The notes below the pieces were generated by a model. The model was not told where the DNA came from and did no database searches. It saw only the letters and a program-made list of their open reading frames with translations. A DNA stretch of 64,000 nucleotides from Planctomycetota bacterium (GTDB taxonomy: Bacteria > Planctomycetota > GCA-002687715 > CAIWVZ01). Of this stretch, positions 20,534-29,965 are shown piece after piece. The first letter of the stretch is position 1; the number at the start of each line of letters is the position of its first letter. The stretch is from NCBI GenBank assembly GCA_044222185.1, contig JBGANV010000002.1, positions 1-64,000 on the forward strand, in the 5' to 3' direction. The translations under genes and the position numbers were made by a program.

Positions 20534-22555
20534 ATGTCGGAAGTCCGCACGCTTGCCGTCGTCGGCGCAGGAAACATGGGATCGGGAATCGCGCAGAAGA
20601 TGGCGACGGAAGGGTTCCGCGTCCTGCTCGTGGATCTGGCCGAGGCTCAGCTCCAGCGCGGAGTCGACAACATCAGGAAGACGCTCGCCGAGGGCGTGGC
20701 CCGGAAGATCTTCAAGGAGCAACAGGCCGCCGACATCCAGGCGCGCATCAAGCCGACCACGGATTGGAACGAGCTCCGCGGCGCCGAACTCGTCGTCGAA
20801 GCCGTCTTCGAAGACCTGAACGTGAAGAAGGACGTCTTCAAGCGCCTCGGTCAGTGCACCGCCCCGGACGCCGTCCTCGGCACCAACACGTCGTCGTTCT
20901 ACGTCCGCGACCTCGCCGCCGTGACGCCGAATCCAGAGCGCGTCGTGGGATTGCACTACTTCTATCACCCGGCCAAGAACCGGCTCGTGGAGGTCGTGCC
21001 CACGGCCTCGACGTCGAAGGCAGCGCTCGCGAAGGCGCAAGCGATCCAGGATGCGATCGGCAAGACCCCGATCGTGTGCGCCGACGCGCCGGGGTTCGTC
21101 GTCAACCGCTTCTTCGTGCCGTGGCTGAACGAGGCCGTCCGCCTGCTCGCGGAAGGCGTGGCCGACATCCCGACGATCGAAGCGGCCTGCAAGGAAACCT
21201 TCGGCGTCGGCATGGGCGCCTTCGAGCTGATGAACGTGACGGGCGTCCCGATCGCCCTGCACGCCGCGGGAACCCTCGGACGCGAGCTCGGGAAGTTCTA
21301 CGAGCCGTCCCCGCGATTGACGCAGCAGGTGGATGCGAAGCAGAACTGGGATCTCACGGGCACTCCCATCGCCGGCAAGACACAGGCCATCGCCGATCGC
21401 CTCCTCGGGCAGGTGTTCCTCGTCGCCGGCGCCATCGTCGACGAGAAGGTCGGCACGATCGAGGACGTGGACATCGGCGCGCGCGTCGGACTGCGATGGC
21501 CGCTCGGCCCGTTCGAACTCGCGAACAAGATCGGGGTCGCCAGGGCGGCCAAGCTGGCCGGATCCGTCGGCGCGCCCTACGGACTCGAGCTCCCAGCGAC
21601 GTTCCGCGGTCGGACCACTCCGTTCCAGTTCAAGCTGGTTGACGTGGCGACGGCCGACCGCATCACCACGATCACGATCAATCGTCCTGACAAGCTGAAC
21701 GCGCTGAACGAGGAAGTCGTCGCCCAACTCGAATCGGCGTTCGAGCAGGCCGCCGCATCCAAGGACTCGGACGGGATCGTCATCACGGGAAAGGGAAAGG
21801 CGTTCGTCGCCGGCGCCGACATCGGGTGGTTCGTTCACAAGATCGAGGAGAAGCGGATCCCCGACATCGCGACGTTCACGCGCCGAGGACAGGAGCTGCT
21901 GAAGCGATTCGCAAAGCAGCCGAAAGTCGTGATCGCGAAGCTGGACGGACTTTCGCTCGGCGGCGGGTCCGAGCTCGCGCTCGCCTGTGACTACATCGTC
22001 GCGACGAAGAAGGCGTCCTTCGGTTTCCCGGAAACGGGAATCGGCATCTACCCGGGACTGGGTGGCACGCAGCGACTTCCTCGCCGTATCGGCGCCAACC
22101 TCGCGAAGGCGTTCATCTTCACGGGCAACATCATCGGGGTCGATGCGGCGGCGAAGCTCGGCATCGTCGACCGGCTCGTCACCCATGAGGGCGCAGCAGC
22201 CTCGATCCGCGAGCTGGTCAACCGGGGCAAGCCCGCACCGCGAAAGAACCCGACGACCGTGCCGGCTGGGTTCGAGGGCACGGCGAACCTGTTCGGTTCG
22301 TTCACCGTCGAGAAGATCCTGGCCGGGGCCGCCGCGGCCACACCTGACGATCAGAAGCAGATCGACCGGGTGCGGACGAAGGCTCCGATCGCGCTGCGCA
22401 TCGCCGAGTCGCTGATCGACGCGACGACGAAGGTCGACCTGGACGCAGGTCTCGAGCAGGAGCTCTCGCACCTCGGCGAGATCTTCGCGACCGCCGACGC
22501 CTGGACGGGCCTCACCAGCCTGGGCAAGGCCCGACCGGTCTTCCAGGGGCGCTGA
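20534..22555 (+). CDS. 3-hydroxyacyl-CoA dehydrogenase / enoyl-CoA hydratase fusion
   Basis: VVGAGNMGSGIA, EAVFEDL, TNTSS, GLHYF, PGFVVNR; then INRPDKLNALN, FVAGADI, LGGGSELALACD, PETGIG. Confidence 0.95.
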   Translation: MSEVRTLAVVGAGNMGSGIAQKMATEGFRVLLVDLAEAQLQRGVDNIRKTLAEGVARKIFKEQQAADIQARIKPTTDWNELRGAELVVEAVFEDLNVKKDVFKRLGQCTAPDAVLGTNTSSFYVRDLAAVTPNPERVVGLHYFYHPAKNRLVEVVPTASTSKAALAKAQAIQDAIGKTPIVCADAPGFVVNRFFVPWLNEAVRLLAEGVADIPTIEAACKETFGVGMGAFELMNVTGVPIALHAAGTLGRELGKFYEPSPRLTQQVDAKQNWDLTGTPIAGKTQAIADRLLGQVFLVAGAIVDEKVGTIEDVDIGARVGLRWPLGPFELANKIGVARAAKLAGSVGAPYGLELPATFRGRTTPFQFKLVDVATADRITTITINRPDKLNALNEEVVAQLESAFEQAAASKDSDGIVITGKGKAFVAGADIGWFVHKIEEKRIPDIATFTRRGQELLKRFAKQPKVVIAKLDGLSLGGGSELALACDYIVATKKASFGFPETGIGIYPGLGGTQRLPRRIGANLAKAFIFTGNIIGVDAAAKLGIVDRLVTHEGAAASIRELVNRGKPAPRKNPTTVPAGFEGTANLFGSFTVEKILAGAAAATPDDQKQIDRVRTKAPIALRIAESLIDATTKVDLDAGLEQELSHLGEIFATADAWTGLTSLGKARPVFQGR

Positions 22556-22594
22556 ACCGCCGGCGGTCGCCGCCCGCAGATCGACCGTGAGACC

Positions 22595-23103
22595 TCACTG
22601 GAAGGTGAGGTCCTGCGCTGCCGATGCGGCGAAGACTCCGTTGGCGGCGGTGGACGACGACACGAACCCCAGAACGCGCGCGACGAGGCCGGCAAGCTCC
22701 GGCAGAGCCACGAACGACAGTTCCAAACCGCCCGCGCCCAGGACGATCGCGCCGGACGGCCCGCTCGGGCGACCGTCGACGACGAGCACGGCAGCTGCGC
22801 GCCGAGGCACGCCGGCAAGCGGCAGCCGCGGCTCGGCTTTCCCGAGCGAAGCGAGCCAGCCGCAAGACCCACGCAGCCACGTGCCGGCGTCGGCGGGGTC
22901 ACCCGCCACGCTTCCCGACTCGATCCGCTCGCACCGACGCCGCGGGTGATGGCGAACCCGTCCACCAGCGAGGTCGGCCCCTCACCGTGCGTGAACGCCA
23001 CGGCCGGACCGACGAGCAACGCGTCGACGCGCGGACGACGCACGGCGTCCGAGGACGAGGCTCGGACGCGCGCAGCCGCCACCGTGTCCACGGGATGCGT
23101 CAC
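22595..23103 (-). pseudogene. Possible deleted or frameshifted remnant of an exported beta-helix protein
   Basis: One frame reads AVAFTHGEGPTSLVDGFAITRG, which resembles the start of a beta-helix. A different frame (22595..22909) reads as a C-terminal tail ...VLGFVSSSTAANGVFAASAAQDLTFQ*. Confidence 0.35.
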
Positions 23104-23245
23104 CCCGGTCCTTCACGTTGGACAGAGTCGAACGGCGTGTTTCCACGGCCTCGTTCGTACTATGGGCGCCTCGTCAATGAACGCCCCGCTCGACTCCACG
23201 CCACTCGACGCTGGAACGCGGCGTGCTTCCGCAAGGCTCCTCGCG

Positions 23246-25879
23246 ATGAACTCGAAATCCTCCCACCGTGCAATCCGCTCCGTCATTCTCGGCCTCGCCG
23301 TGTTCGCCGGAGTCGCTGCGGCGCTCCCCGCCCAGCACCCGGCGTTGACGCCGCCGTCGGGGTTCACCGTCTCGAACCAGTCCGACAGGGAGAGAACGTT
23401 CCTGCGCAAGCTCGGGAACGGGGACCTCCTGCGCATCCGGACGGTGCTCCAGGCGGCCGGCGCCGACCCCGCAGCGATCGCCAAGGGCCCCGCGCTCGGC
23501 GAGGGCGACACGGTCCGGGACGAGACGAAGCAGGACGTCCAGAACGGGAAGCTCCGGGGCGTCGCGTTCTCCTGCCTCGGCAAGTCCGAGTCGATCGAGG
23601 GACTGGCGTACACGCGCTATCGGCGCGTGATGGGCTTCACGATCGAGGGCACCGCCGAGCCGTTCGCCGTCCAGGCCGATCTCCTCTGCAAGGAGCCGCG
23701 CCCGGCGCAAAGCACGATCGAGGCCATGCTCCTGGCGCTCCAGGGTTGGCAGGCGACGCTCGGAGGCGACTCGACGGGGGAACCGCCGCCCGATCCGGAG
23801 AGCAAGAACCCTGCATCCAAGCCCGTCGTGGGCGGCGATCGCCTCGTCACGTTGACCGGCGGAGGCGATCTCGAGATCCGGATCCCGAACTTCTGGGGTC
23901 GCGCCGACCTGAAGTTCGGCGACGGACACGAGGAGATCATCCTCGGACCCGCGAAGGACGTCCTCACGTCCGTGACGGCGGAGTCCATCGCGAAGGACAA
24001 GGATCGCATCGGCCCGAGCGTGACGATCACGCGCATGCAGCGCGATACGTTCAAGGACCTCGTCGACGTCCAGATCCTCGACATCGCCGAGAGCCTGCTC
24101 GCAGACTACGTGGCACGCATGTCGGAGGCCGGACGCACGCTCACCATGGGGCAGCGCGAGGACGGATCGCTCGGTACGCGCACGGTGATCTCGGTCCCAT
24201 TCGAGGAGAAGCGGGCCAGCGGCACGTCGTACAAGGGTCGATCGATCTTCATGATGCACCGGGGTTCACTCGTGGTCGTCACCGCCTCGCACCCCGTCGA
24301 GAAATTCGACGAAGGCTGGCCCGACATCGCCAAGGCCTTCGACACTCTCGTGTTCACGGGTGCTCCGGAGGCGGATCCCGCGCCCAAGGGTGATTCCCGT
24401 CCGGCGGCTTCGACCCCGGAAACGCCTCCGGCGCAGCAGCCGCCAGCGACACCCACGGGTGGGAGCCAGGGGCAACCGGCGGGCGATCGCACGGCGACGC
24501 CTGTCCAGCCGGGGACTCCGGTCGAGTCTGCCGTCGCGGGAGCGACACTGCGTGCGCCACCGGCTCCCGTCGATTGGCTTCGCGAGACGGCAGGGCCGCT
24601 CCGCACGGTGATGCTGCCGCTGCCCACGCCGATCCGCTACCAGATGCCGGCCGCATGGAGCCTCTTCGGAGAGCTCGCGGCCGCCCGCGAAGCCATGGCG
24701 TTCATCGCCGTGCCGGCCGGCGCCACGTCCGCAGGCATCGGTCAATCGAGTCTCCGAGTCGACTACGTGTCGTTCCTCGAAGAGCTCGTCTCGGGCAACT
24801 CCCTCGGCAGGTTGAGCGCGCTGATGCGCATGCGCCTCGACAACGCCGGGCGCGCCCAGGGCCTCGCGGTCACGATTCGCGGCGAGGCGCAACCGACGTT
24901 GTCCGGACTCGCAGCCGTCGCACTCACCTACGCGGTCACCACGCCCGCGGGCGAGGTTCTCGGGACCTACGTCGGCACGACGTTCGACGGCACGGCGGTC
25001 CTGCTGGATTTCCGCCTCACAACGGCGGACTCGCAGGCGCTCGGTGCGGCCGTCACCCAGATCCTGAACTCGATCCAGATCTCGTTCGGGGCGGACATCA
25101 GCCGCCGCTCGGTCGGCGAGCACTCGGTCGAAGTCCCCACGGACTGGAACATGAACGACGCTCAAAACGCGGGCGGCGGGCGCGACATCTTCGTGCAGGC
25201 GCCGGGCTCGGGCGTGAGCGTCCGCTTCCAGACGGCCGCGCAGAAGCGCCCGGAGGTGATCGACACCGACACGCTCCGCCGCGTGTCGGAAGGGTTCCTC
25301 GTGAAGGGCTTGAACGTCCTCACCGTCAAGGACCTCGGCGCGGCGCGGCGCGTCCTCATCCCGGGTGCGCGGCCGGGCCTTCGCTTCCAATCCACGACCC
25401 AGGACGTGGACTCGCTCGTGCTGAGCTACGTCGTCGCCAACGAGATCGTGTTCGCGCTCCGCGGAGCGCCCCGCGGTTATCGCGGCCGCGATCTGGCCGT
25501 GGCGTATCGCATCATGCGCAGTCTCACCGTGCCGCATCAGGATGGCCGGCTCGTCCCCGACCCGCTCCCGATCGGCAACGGCACGTTCTCGCAGCGCGTC
25601 GTGTTCGCGTGCGAGGAGCTCGATGCCCTGGGATTCGACGGCGTCCTCCGCGCCAGGACGCTCGACTACGTCGCGTTCCTGCCGGACGGGTCGGCCGGGA
25701 TCATGGTCGAGCGCAACGGCAAGCTGGAGAACCTGCGGGCGTCGTACCGCGTCGAGAACGGGACCGTCACCGTCGAGGGGCCGGGGGTCGGGCGAAAGTC
25801 GTGGCAGATACTGGACGACGGCGAGACGTTGCGCGGCGACGATGTCCTCTTCCGCGCGCGCCACGAAGAATTCCCGTGA
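23246..25879 (+). CDS. Exported multidomain hypothetical protein
   Basis: Signal peptide (VILGLAVFAGVAAALPAQ), typical codon usage, Pro/Thr/Gln linkers between repeated alpha/beta units. Confidence 0.8.
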   Translation: MNSKSSHRAIRSVILGLAVFAGVAAALPAQHPALTPPSGFTVSNQSDRERTFLRKLGNGDLLRIRTVLQAAGADPAAIAKGPALGEGDTVRDETKQDVQNGKLRGVAFSCLGKSESIEGLAYTRYRRVMGFTIEGTAEPFAVQADLLCKEPRPAQSTIEAMLLALQGWQATLGGDSTGEPPPDPESKNPASKPVVGGDRLVTLTGGGDLEIRIPNFWGRADLKFGDGHEEIILGPAKDVLTSVTAESIAKDKDRIGPSVTITRMQRDTFKDLVDVQILDIAESLLADYVARMSEAGRTLTMGQREDGSLGTRTVISVPFEEKRASGTSYKGRSIFMMHRGSLVVVTASHPVEKFDEGWPDIAKAFDTLVFTGAPEADPAPKGDSRPAASTPETPPAQQPPATPTGGSQGQPAGDRTATPVQPGTPVESAVAGATLRAPPAPVDWLRETAGPLRTVMLPLPTPIRYQMPAAWSLFGELAAAREAMAFIAVPAGATSAGIGQSSLRVDYVSFLEELVSGNSLGRLSALMRMRLDNAGRAQGLAVTIRGEAQPTLSGLAAVALTYAVTTPAGEVLGTYVGTTFDGTAVLLDFRLTTADSQALGAAVTQILNSIQISFGADISRRSVGEHSVEVPTDWNMNDAQNAGGGRDIFVQAPGSGVSVRFQTAAQKRPEVIDTDTLRRVSEGFLVKGLNVLTVKDLGAARRVLIPGARPGLRFQSTTQDVDSLVLSYVVANEIVFALRGAPRGYRGRDLAVAYRIMRSLTVPHQDGRLVPDPLPIGNGTFSQRVVFACEELDALGFDGVLRARTLDYVAFLPDGSAGIMVERNGKLENLRASYRVENGTVTVEGPGVGRKSWQILDDGETLRGDDVLFRARHEEFP

Positions 25880-25885
25880 GGCCTC

Positions 25886-25914
25886 GGTGATCCCGATCGA
25901 AGGTCGGGATCACC
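25886..25914. terminator. Hairpin between convergent genes (possible bidirectional terminator)
   Basis: GGTGATCCCGATC-GAA-GGTCGGGATCACC, a 13-bp stem with one G-U pair; no U tract. Confidence 0.55.
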
Positions 25915-25924
25915 CCGCCGCGGC

Positions 25925-27082
25925 TCAGTACATCACGTAGCGATTCGTCGCCTGGGGAAGGCTCCCGCTGCCGATCGGGAGGAACGTGATCGTGCGGCTG
26001 TACAGGTCGTAGGGCCGATCGACGAGGGGCGACGGCGTGTAGTTGGGCATCGTCGTCAGCCCGAACCACTCGTGGAAGTTCTCGTTGACCGCTCCCGTCG
26101 TCGCGCCCGCGTTCGTCAATGCGGACAGGTCCTTCATGCCCTGTGGGCCAAGACCAGCGCCCGGCGAGATCCCGCAGACGATGTCGAAGGCGGACTGCTG
26201 GTTGTTCGGCGGGTAGTTGATCACGATCATTCCCGTCGTGTCGACGACGAAGTCGAACGTGTGGACGTAGATCAGCCCGAAGTCGGAGACGTTGATCCAC
26301 TCGACTTTCACGAACGGGACTTGTCCCGGAGGGTTGGCGTCGATCGTCGAGCGGATCGTTCCCACGTTCTGCTCGAGGTCCGCCCAATAGGCCGAGAGGC
26401 GCGGTGGACCGGAGACCATCTCGCCCGACGTCGGTGTGAAGTCCGAATCCGGCGTGTTGAACGTGATGAAGCCGTTCGAACAGAGGTGGAACTGCGTGTA
26501 GTTCACGCCATAGAACGGAAGCGGCGCACCGAGCGGGGTCAGGCTGACGGCTTGCACCCCGTCGTCACCGAGTTGATAGGTCGCGACGGTGGGACCCTGC
26601 GTGATGGTGATGCGCGTCGCCGCGGAGAAGTTGTATCCGAACGACGTCGTGGGATTGGCGATCACGGCCTGGAACGCGTCGTGGAAGTTGAGCGGCAGGC
26701 CGTTGGGCGGCGAGCCCACGCCCGGCACCTGGACCGAGAACGAGAACTGGCCGTTGGCGTCCAGGCGGAAGTTCGGGTTCAAGAAACCGTCCACGCAGAC
26801 CACGGGCGCCGGGGTGAGCGGCAGGTCCCGGGACTGGCCGCTGTAGATCGCGGCACCCGGGGCCACGTTGCCGTTGCCCGACTTGAAGATGGCGAGCGGC
26901 TGATTGCCTATCCCGCCGAGGACGACGGACGCCGTCGTGCTGCTTCGAAGGTTCACGGGGATCGGCCATGGCGGGCCGTCCGTCGTGTTGATCTTCATGT
27001 TGGCGAAGAAAGTGTTGGGTTGTTGGGCGGCCACGAGGCCGACGACGAGCGCGCACGAACAGGCAAGGCGAAGTGATCGCAT
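25925..27082 (-). CDS. Exported hypothetical protein with a nidogen/NIDO-like segment
   Basis: Signal peptide ending AAQ; LGDDG...LPFYGVNYTQFHLCSNGFITF...LSAYWADL. Confidence 0.8.
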   Translation of the reverse strand: MRSLRLACSCALVVGLVAAQQPNTFFANMKINTTDGPPWPIPVNLRSSTTASVVLGGIGNQPLAIFKSGNGNVAPGAAIYSGQSRDLPLTPAPVVCVDGFLNPNFRLDANGQFSFSVQVPGVGSPPNGLPLNFHDAFQAVIANPTTSFGYNFSAATRITITQGPTVATYQLGDDGVQAVSLTPLGAPLPFYGVNYTQFHLCSNGFITFNTPDSDFTPTSGEMVSGPPRLSAYWADLEQNVGTIRSTIDANPPGQVPFVKVEWINVSDFGLIYVHTFDFVVDTTGMIVINYPPNNQQSAFDIVCGISPGAGLGPQGMKDLSALTNAGATTGAVNENFHEWFGLTTMPNYTPSPLVDRPYDLYSRTITFLPIGSGSLPQATNRYVMY

Positions 27083-27257
27083 CGTGGAACCTTCTCCGCA
27101 AAGTGCGGGAACACGCGCTGGCCGCGGCGGCCCAGCGGTCGAAGACGGATCTGCACGCCGCAGTCACCCTCGAGATGGAACGGCAAGCGCGCAAAGGACA
27201 CCTCGATCGAATCGCCCATCTGCCCGCCGAAGGCGATTCGCTCGCGGAATGCGTCAG

Positions 27258-27287
27258 ACTGTATCCGCCTGAAAAAGCCCCCGTCAA
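27258..27287 (-). promoter_or_regulatory. Sigma70-like promoter for 25925..27082
   Basis: Minus strand TTGACG-N18-TACAGT, about 175 nt upstream of the ATG. Confidence 0.45.
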
Positions 27288-27591
27288 GCGAATCACTCGG
27301 TCGGGGATTGGCGCCGCGCCGACCACGTTCACTTCCGCACGCCATCGGGCACGTCAAGCACACGCTGGACCACGTCGCACTCAAGCCACGGGACAGGCGC
27401 GAGCCCTGGACGAACACCGATCGTTTCGTGTTCGACCGGGACGGTTTCGCCGCAGCGCCAGGGGCATCGGTTCGCGACGGAGGCGCCAGGAGGGGCAACG
27501 CCACCCCCGGAGCGCGATCGGAACGCCGGCCGAGCGCAGTCGAAACGCCTGCTTTTCCCAGTGAAACACCTGGTTCCCGCCGAACGGGAAC

Positions 27592-29106
27592 GTGGCGGAC
27601 GATCGCATGCGCGCCGAGGGGTCTTCGGCGCCGACGCGCGAGGTCGGCGAGACGCCGATCGCGGCTACGATCGACGCCGTGACGGCTCCCCTTCGTTCGA
27701 CCGCCGGTGACGCAAACGAGATCGAAGCGCGCGCATCGCGGTCGACGATCGCGTTCGTCGGGGCCATGACCGCGCTCGGATATGCGATCCAGGCGGGGAA
27801 CGGCTTTCTCACGGGGCGGTCGTTGCTGGCACTCACCGTCGGCGTGGTCGCAGCACTCATCGGATCGTGGCTCCAGCGGACGTCCACGGACGCGACGCTC
27901 ACACGAGTCCTGCACTGGGTGTGCGCCGGCGCCGTCGCATTCCAGTTCGTCGAACTCTGCCGTTGGCCCGCGTCCGCCGGATCCGCCGCTTCCCCACCGA
28001 TCGTCGCCGGCCAACCGCTCGATCGCGTGCTCTCGGTCGCCGCCGGCACGCTCGTCCTCATCGCGCTTCGACGTCCTGTACCCGGCATTCGCGGTCTCGT
28101 CCCGGTGATCCTGATCCACTTCCTGCTGGGCCGCTTCGTGCTTCGGTTGCCGCCGCCGCAGATCGACGTCATCGGCTTTCACGAGACTGGAATCGCGGCG
28201 CTGCTCGACGGCCGCAATCCCTACACGACGCCCATGCCGAACGTTTACGGCATCGCGTCGCACCCGGTCGTCGGCGTTCTGCCGGACGGCCGACTCGACC
28301 TGGGCTTCCCCTATCTTCCGATGCCGCTCATCCTCGCGGCACCGGCCCAGCGGCTCCTGGGCGACTACCGCTACGCCTCGCTCATCGCGATGGAGATCAC
28401 GGCGCTGCTGATCTGTCTCATGGGCGGACGCACGCGTACGAGCTTTCTCGTCGCCGTTCTCTTCCTCTTCACACCCCGTGGGTTCTTCGTCCTCGAGCAG
28501 GGCTGGAACGAACCGCTGGCATTGTCGATGCTCGCGATTGCAATCTGGTGCATGCGTGCCCGACCGCGCTGGGGCTGGGTACCACTCGGCCTGCTCTTCG
28601 CGAGCAAGCAGTACATCCTGCCGCTCGTCCCCGTCTCGCTCCTCGCGCAGGACGCGGAGGATCCACCGGGCCGGCGCATCCGCGCGGTCCGATCGACGGG
28701 TCTCGCCATCCTCGTCGCGTCGGCCGTCGCGCTCGTCGCCTGCCATGGCGACGTCGGTGCGCTGTGGAAGTCGGCCTTCGATCTCCACCTCCGCATGCCC
28801 TGGCGGCGAGACGCACTCTCGTTTTGCGCCTGGCTCTCGGACGGTCAGCACCCCGGACTGCCGGGGTGGTTTCCCGCGGCGATCGTCACCGCCGTCCTCG
28901 TCCTGGCAGCCCTGCGTGCGCGGCGTGATGGGGCCGGATTCGCTGCGGCCGTGGGTACGGCGGTCTGCGCGGGCTTCGCCGTCGCGCCGCAGAACTTCGC
29001 CAACTACGTGTACTTCAGCGTCGGCGCACTGGGACTGGCAATCGCAGCATCCTCGGGACCTTCGCTCACCCCCCGTGCGCCCGCAGAGTCCTCAGCAACA
29101 GACTGA
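27592..29106 (+). CDS. Polytopic membrane protein, GT-C (GT87-like) glycosyltransferase-like
   Basis: Many TM segments; IDVIGFH..LLDGRNPY..FPYLP..GDYRY..GWNEP..ASKQY..NYVYF pattern. Start uncertain. Confidence 0.7.
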   Translation: MADDRMRAEGSSAPTREVGETPIAATIDAVTAPLRSTAGDANEIEARASRSTIAFVGAMTALGYAIQAGNGFLTGRSLLALTVGVVAALIGSWLQRTSTDATLTRVLHWVCAGAVAFQFVELCRWPASAGSAASPPIVAGQPLDRVLSVAAGTLVLIALRRPVPGIRGLVPVILIHFLLGRFVLRLPPPQIDVIGFHETGIAALLDGRNPYTTPMPNVYGIASHPVVGVLPDGRLDLGFPYLPMPLILAAPAQRLLGDYRYASLIAMEITALLICLMGGRTRTSFLVAVLFLFTPRGFFVLEQGWNEPLALSMLAIAIWCMRARPRWGWVPLGLLFASKQYILPLVPVSLLAQDAEDPPGRRIRAVRSTGLAILVASAVALVACHGDVGALWKSAFDLHLRMPWRRDALSFCAWLSDGQHPGLPGWFPAAIVTAVLVLAALRARRDGAGFAAAVGTAVCAGFAVAPQNFANYVYFSVGALGLAIAASSGPSLTPRAPAESSATD

Positions 29107-29965
29107 AGTCGCGCGCGCGGGCCGTGGCCTTTCGCCAGCAGAGCCCGATCGTTCGCCCGGCCCGTGATCCCTTGAACGGCCGCAGGACGATCTCGGGAAG
29201 AGGCGCGACCCTGGGATCGGCCGCCATCGCCGGGAGGAGCGTGATCCCCACGCCGTTCGCCACCATCTGCACGAGCGTCGTGAGGCTCGTCGCGCGGAAG
29301 TCGGCGTGCTCACGGGCGCCGGCCCGCCGGCAGACGGCGAGGGCCTGCTCACGCAGGCAATGCCCGTCCTCGAGCAACAGGATGTCCTCGCCATCCAGAT
29401 CCGACTCGACGATCACCTTCGACTGCGCGAGGCGGTGCCCCTTCGGCATCGCGCACAGGAATGCCTCATCGAGGATCCGGTCCTCGCAGAGGTCGGACTC
29501 GCGGGTGGGAAGGGCGAGGATCGCCGCATCCAGCCGGCCGTCGCGCAGCTCGGCGAGACACCGCAAGGTCTCCTCCTCGCGCAGGAGGATCTGAAGCTCG
29601 GGCCAGGCCTTGCGGACCTCGGGGAGAACCTTCGGAAGCAGGTACGGAGCGACCGTCGGGATCACGCCGAGGGTGAGCCTGCCAACCAGCGGCTCACGGG
29701 TGGCACGGGCGGCGTCTACCAGGTCGTCCGTGGTGGTGAGGATCGACCGCGCGCGCTCGATCACCGCAAGGGCGGCCGCCGTGGGTCGAACGTGCTTGTG
29801 ATCGCGCTCGAACAGCTGCACTCCGAGCGTTCGCTCGAGTTCCTTGATCTGCGTGCTCAACCCAGGCTGCGTGACGTGACAGGCGCGGGCGGCCTTGCCG
29901 AAGTGACAGGTCTCGGCCACGGCCACCAGATACTCGAGCTGCCGAAGGCTGGGTCTCACGGTCAC
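29066..29965 (-). CDS. oxyR: LysR-family H2O2-responsive regulator OxyR
   Basis: LRQLEYLVAVAE..HFGKAA..VTQPGLS HTH; LGVIPTVAPYLLP; LLEDGHCLREQALAVC (both redox Cys); ATSLTTLVQMV. Confidence 0.92.
   Translation of the reverse strand: MTVRPSLRQLEYLVAVAETCHFGKAARACHVTQPGLSTQIKELERTLGVQLFERDHKHVRPTAAALAVIERARSILTTTDDLVDAARATREPLVGRLTLGVIPTVAPYLLPKVLPEVRKAWPELQILLREEETLRCLAELRDGRLDAAILALPTRESDLCEDRILDEAFLCAMPKGHRLAQSKVIVESDLDGEDILLLEDGHCLREQALAVCRRAGAREHADFRATSLTTLVQMVANGVGITLLPAMAADPRVAPLPEIVLRPFKGSRAGRTIGLCWRKATARARDFSLLLRTLRAHGG

Noticed and set aside
27083-27591. Riboswitch or ncRNA in the long intergenic region
   Set aside because: Hairpins are present but I recognise no family motif; an Rfam search would be needed.
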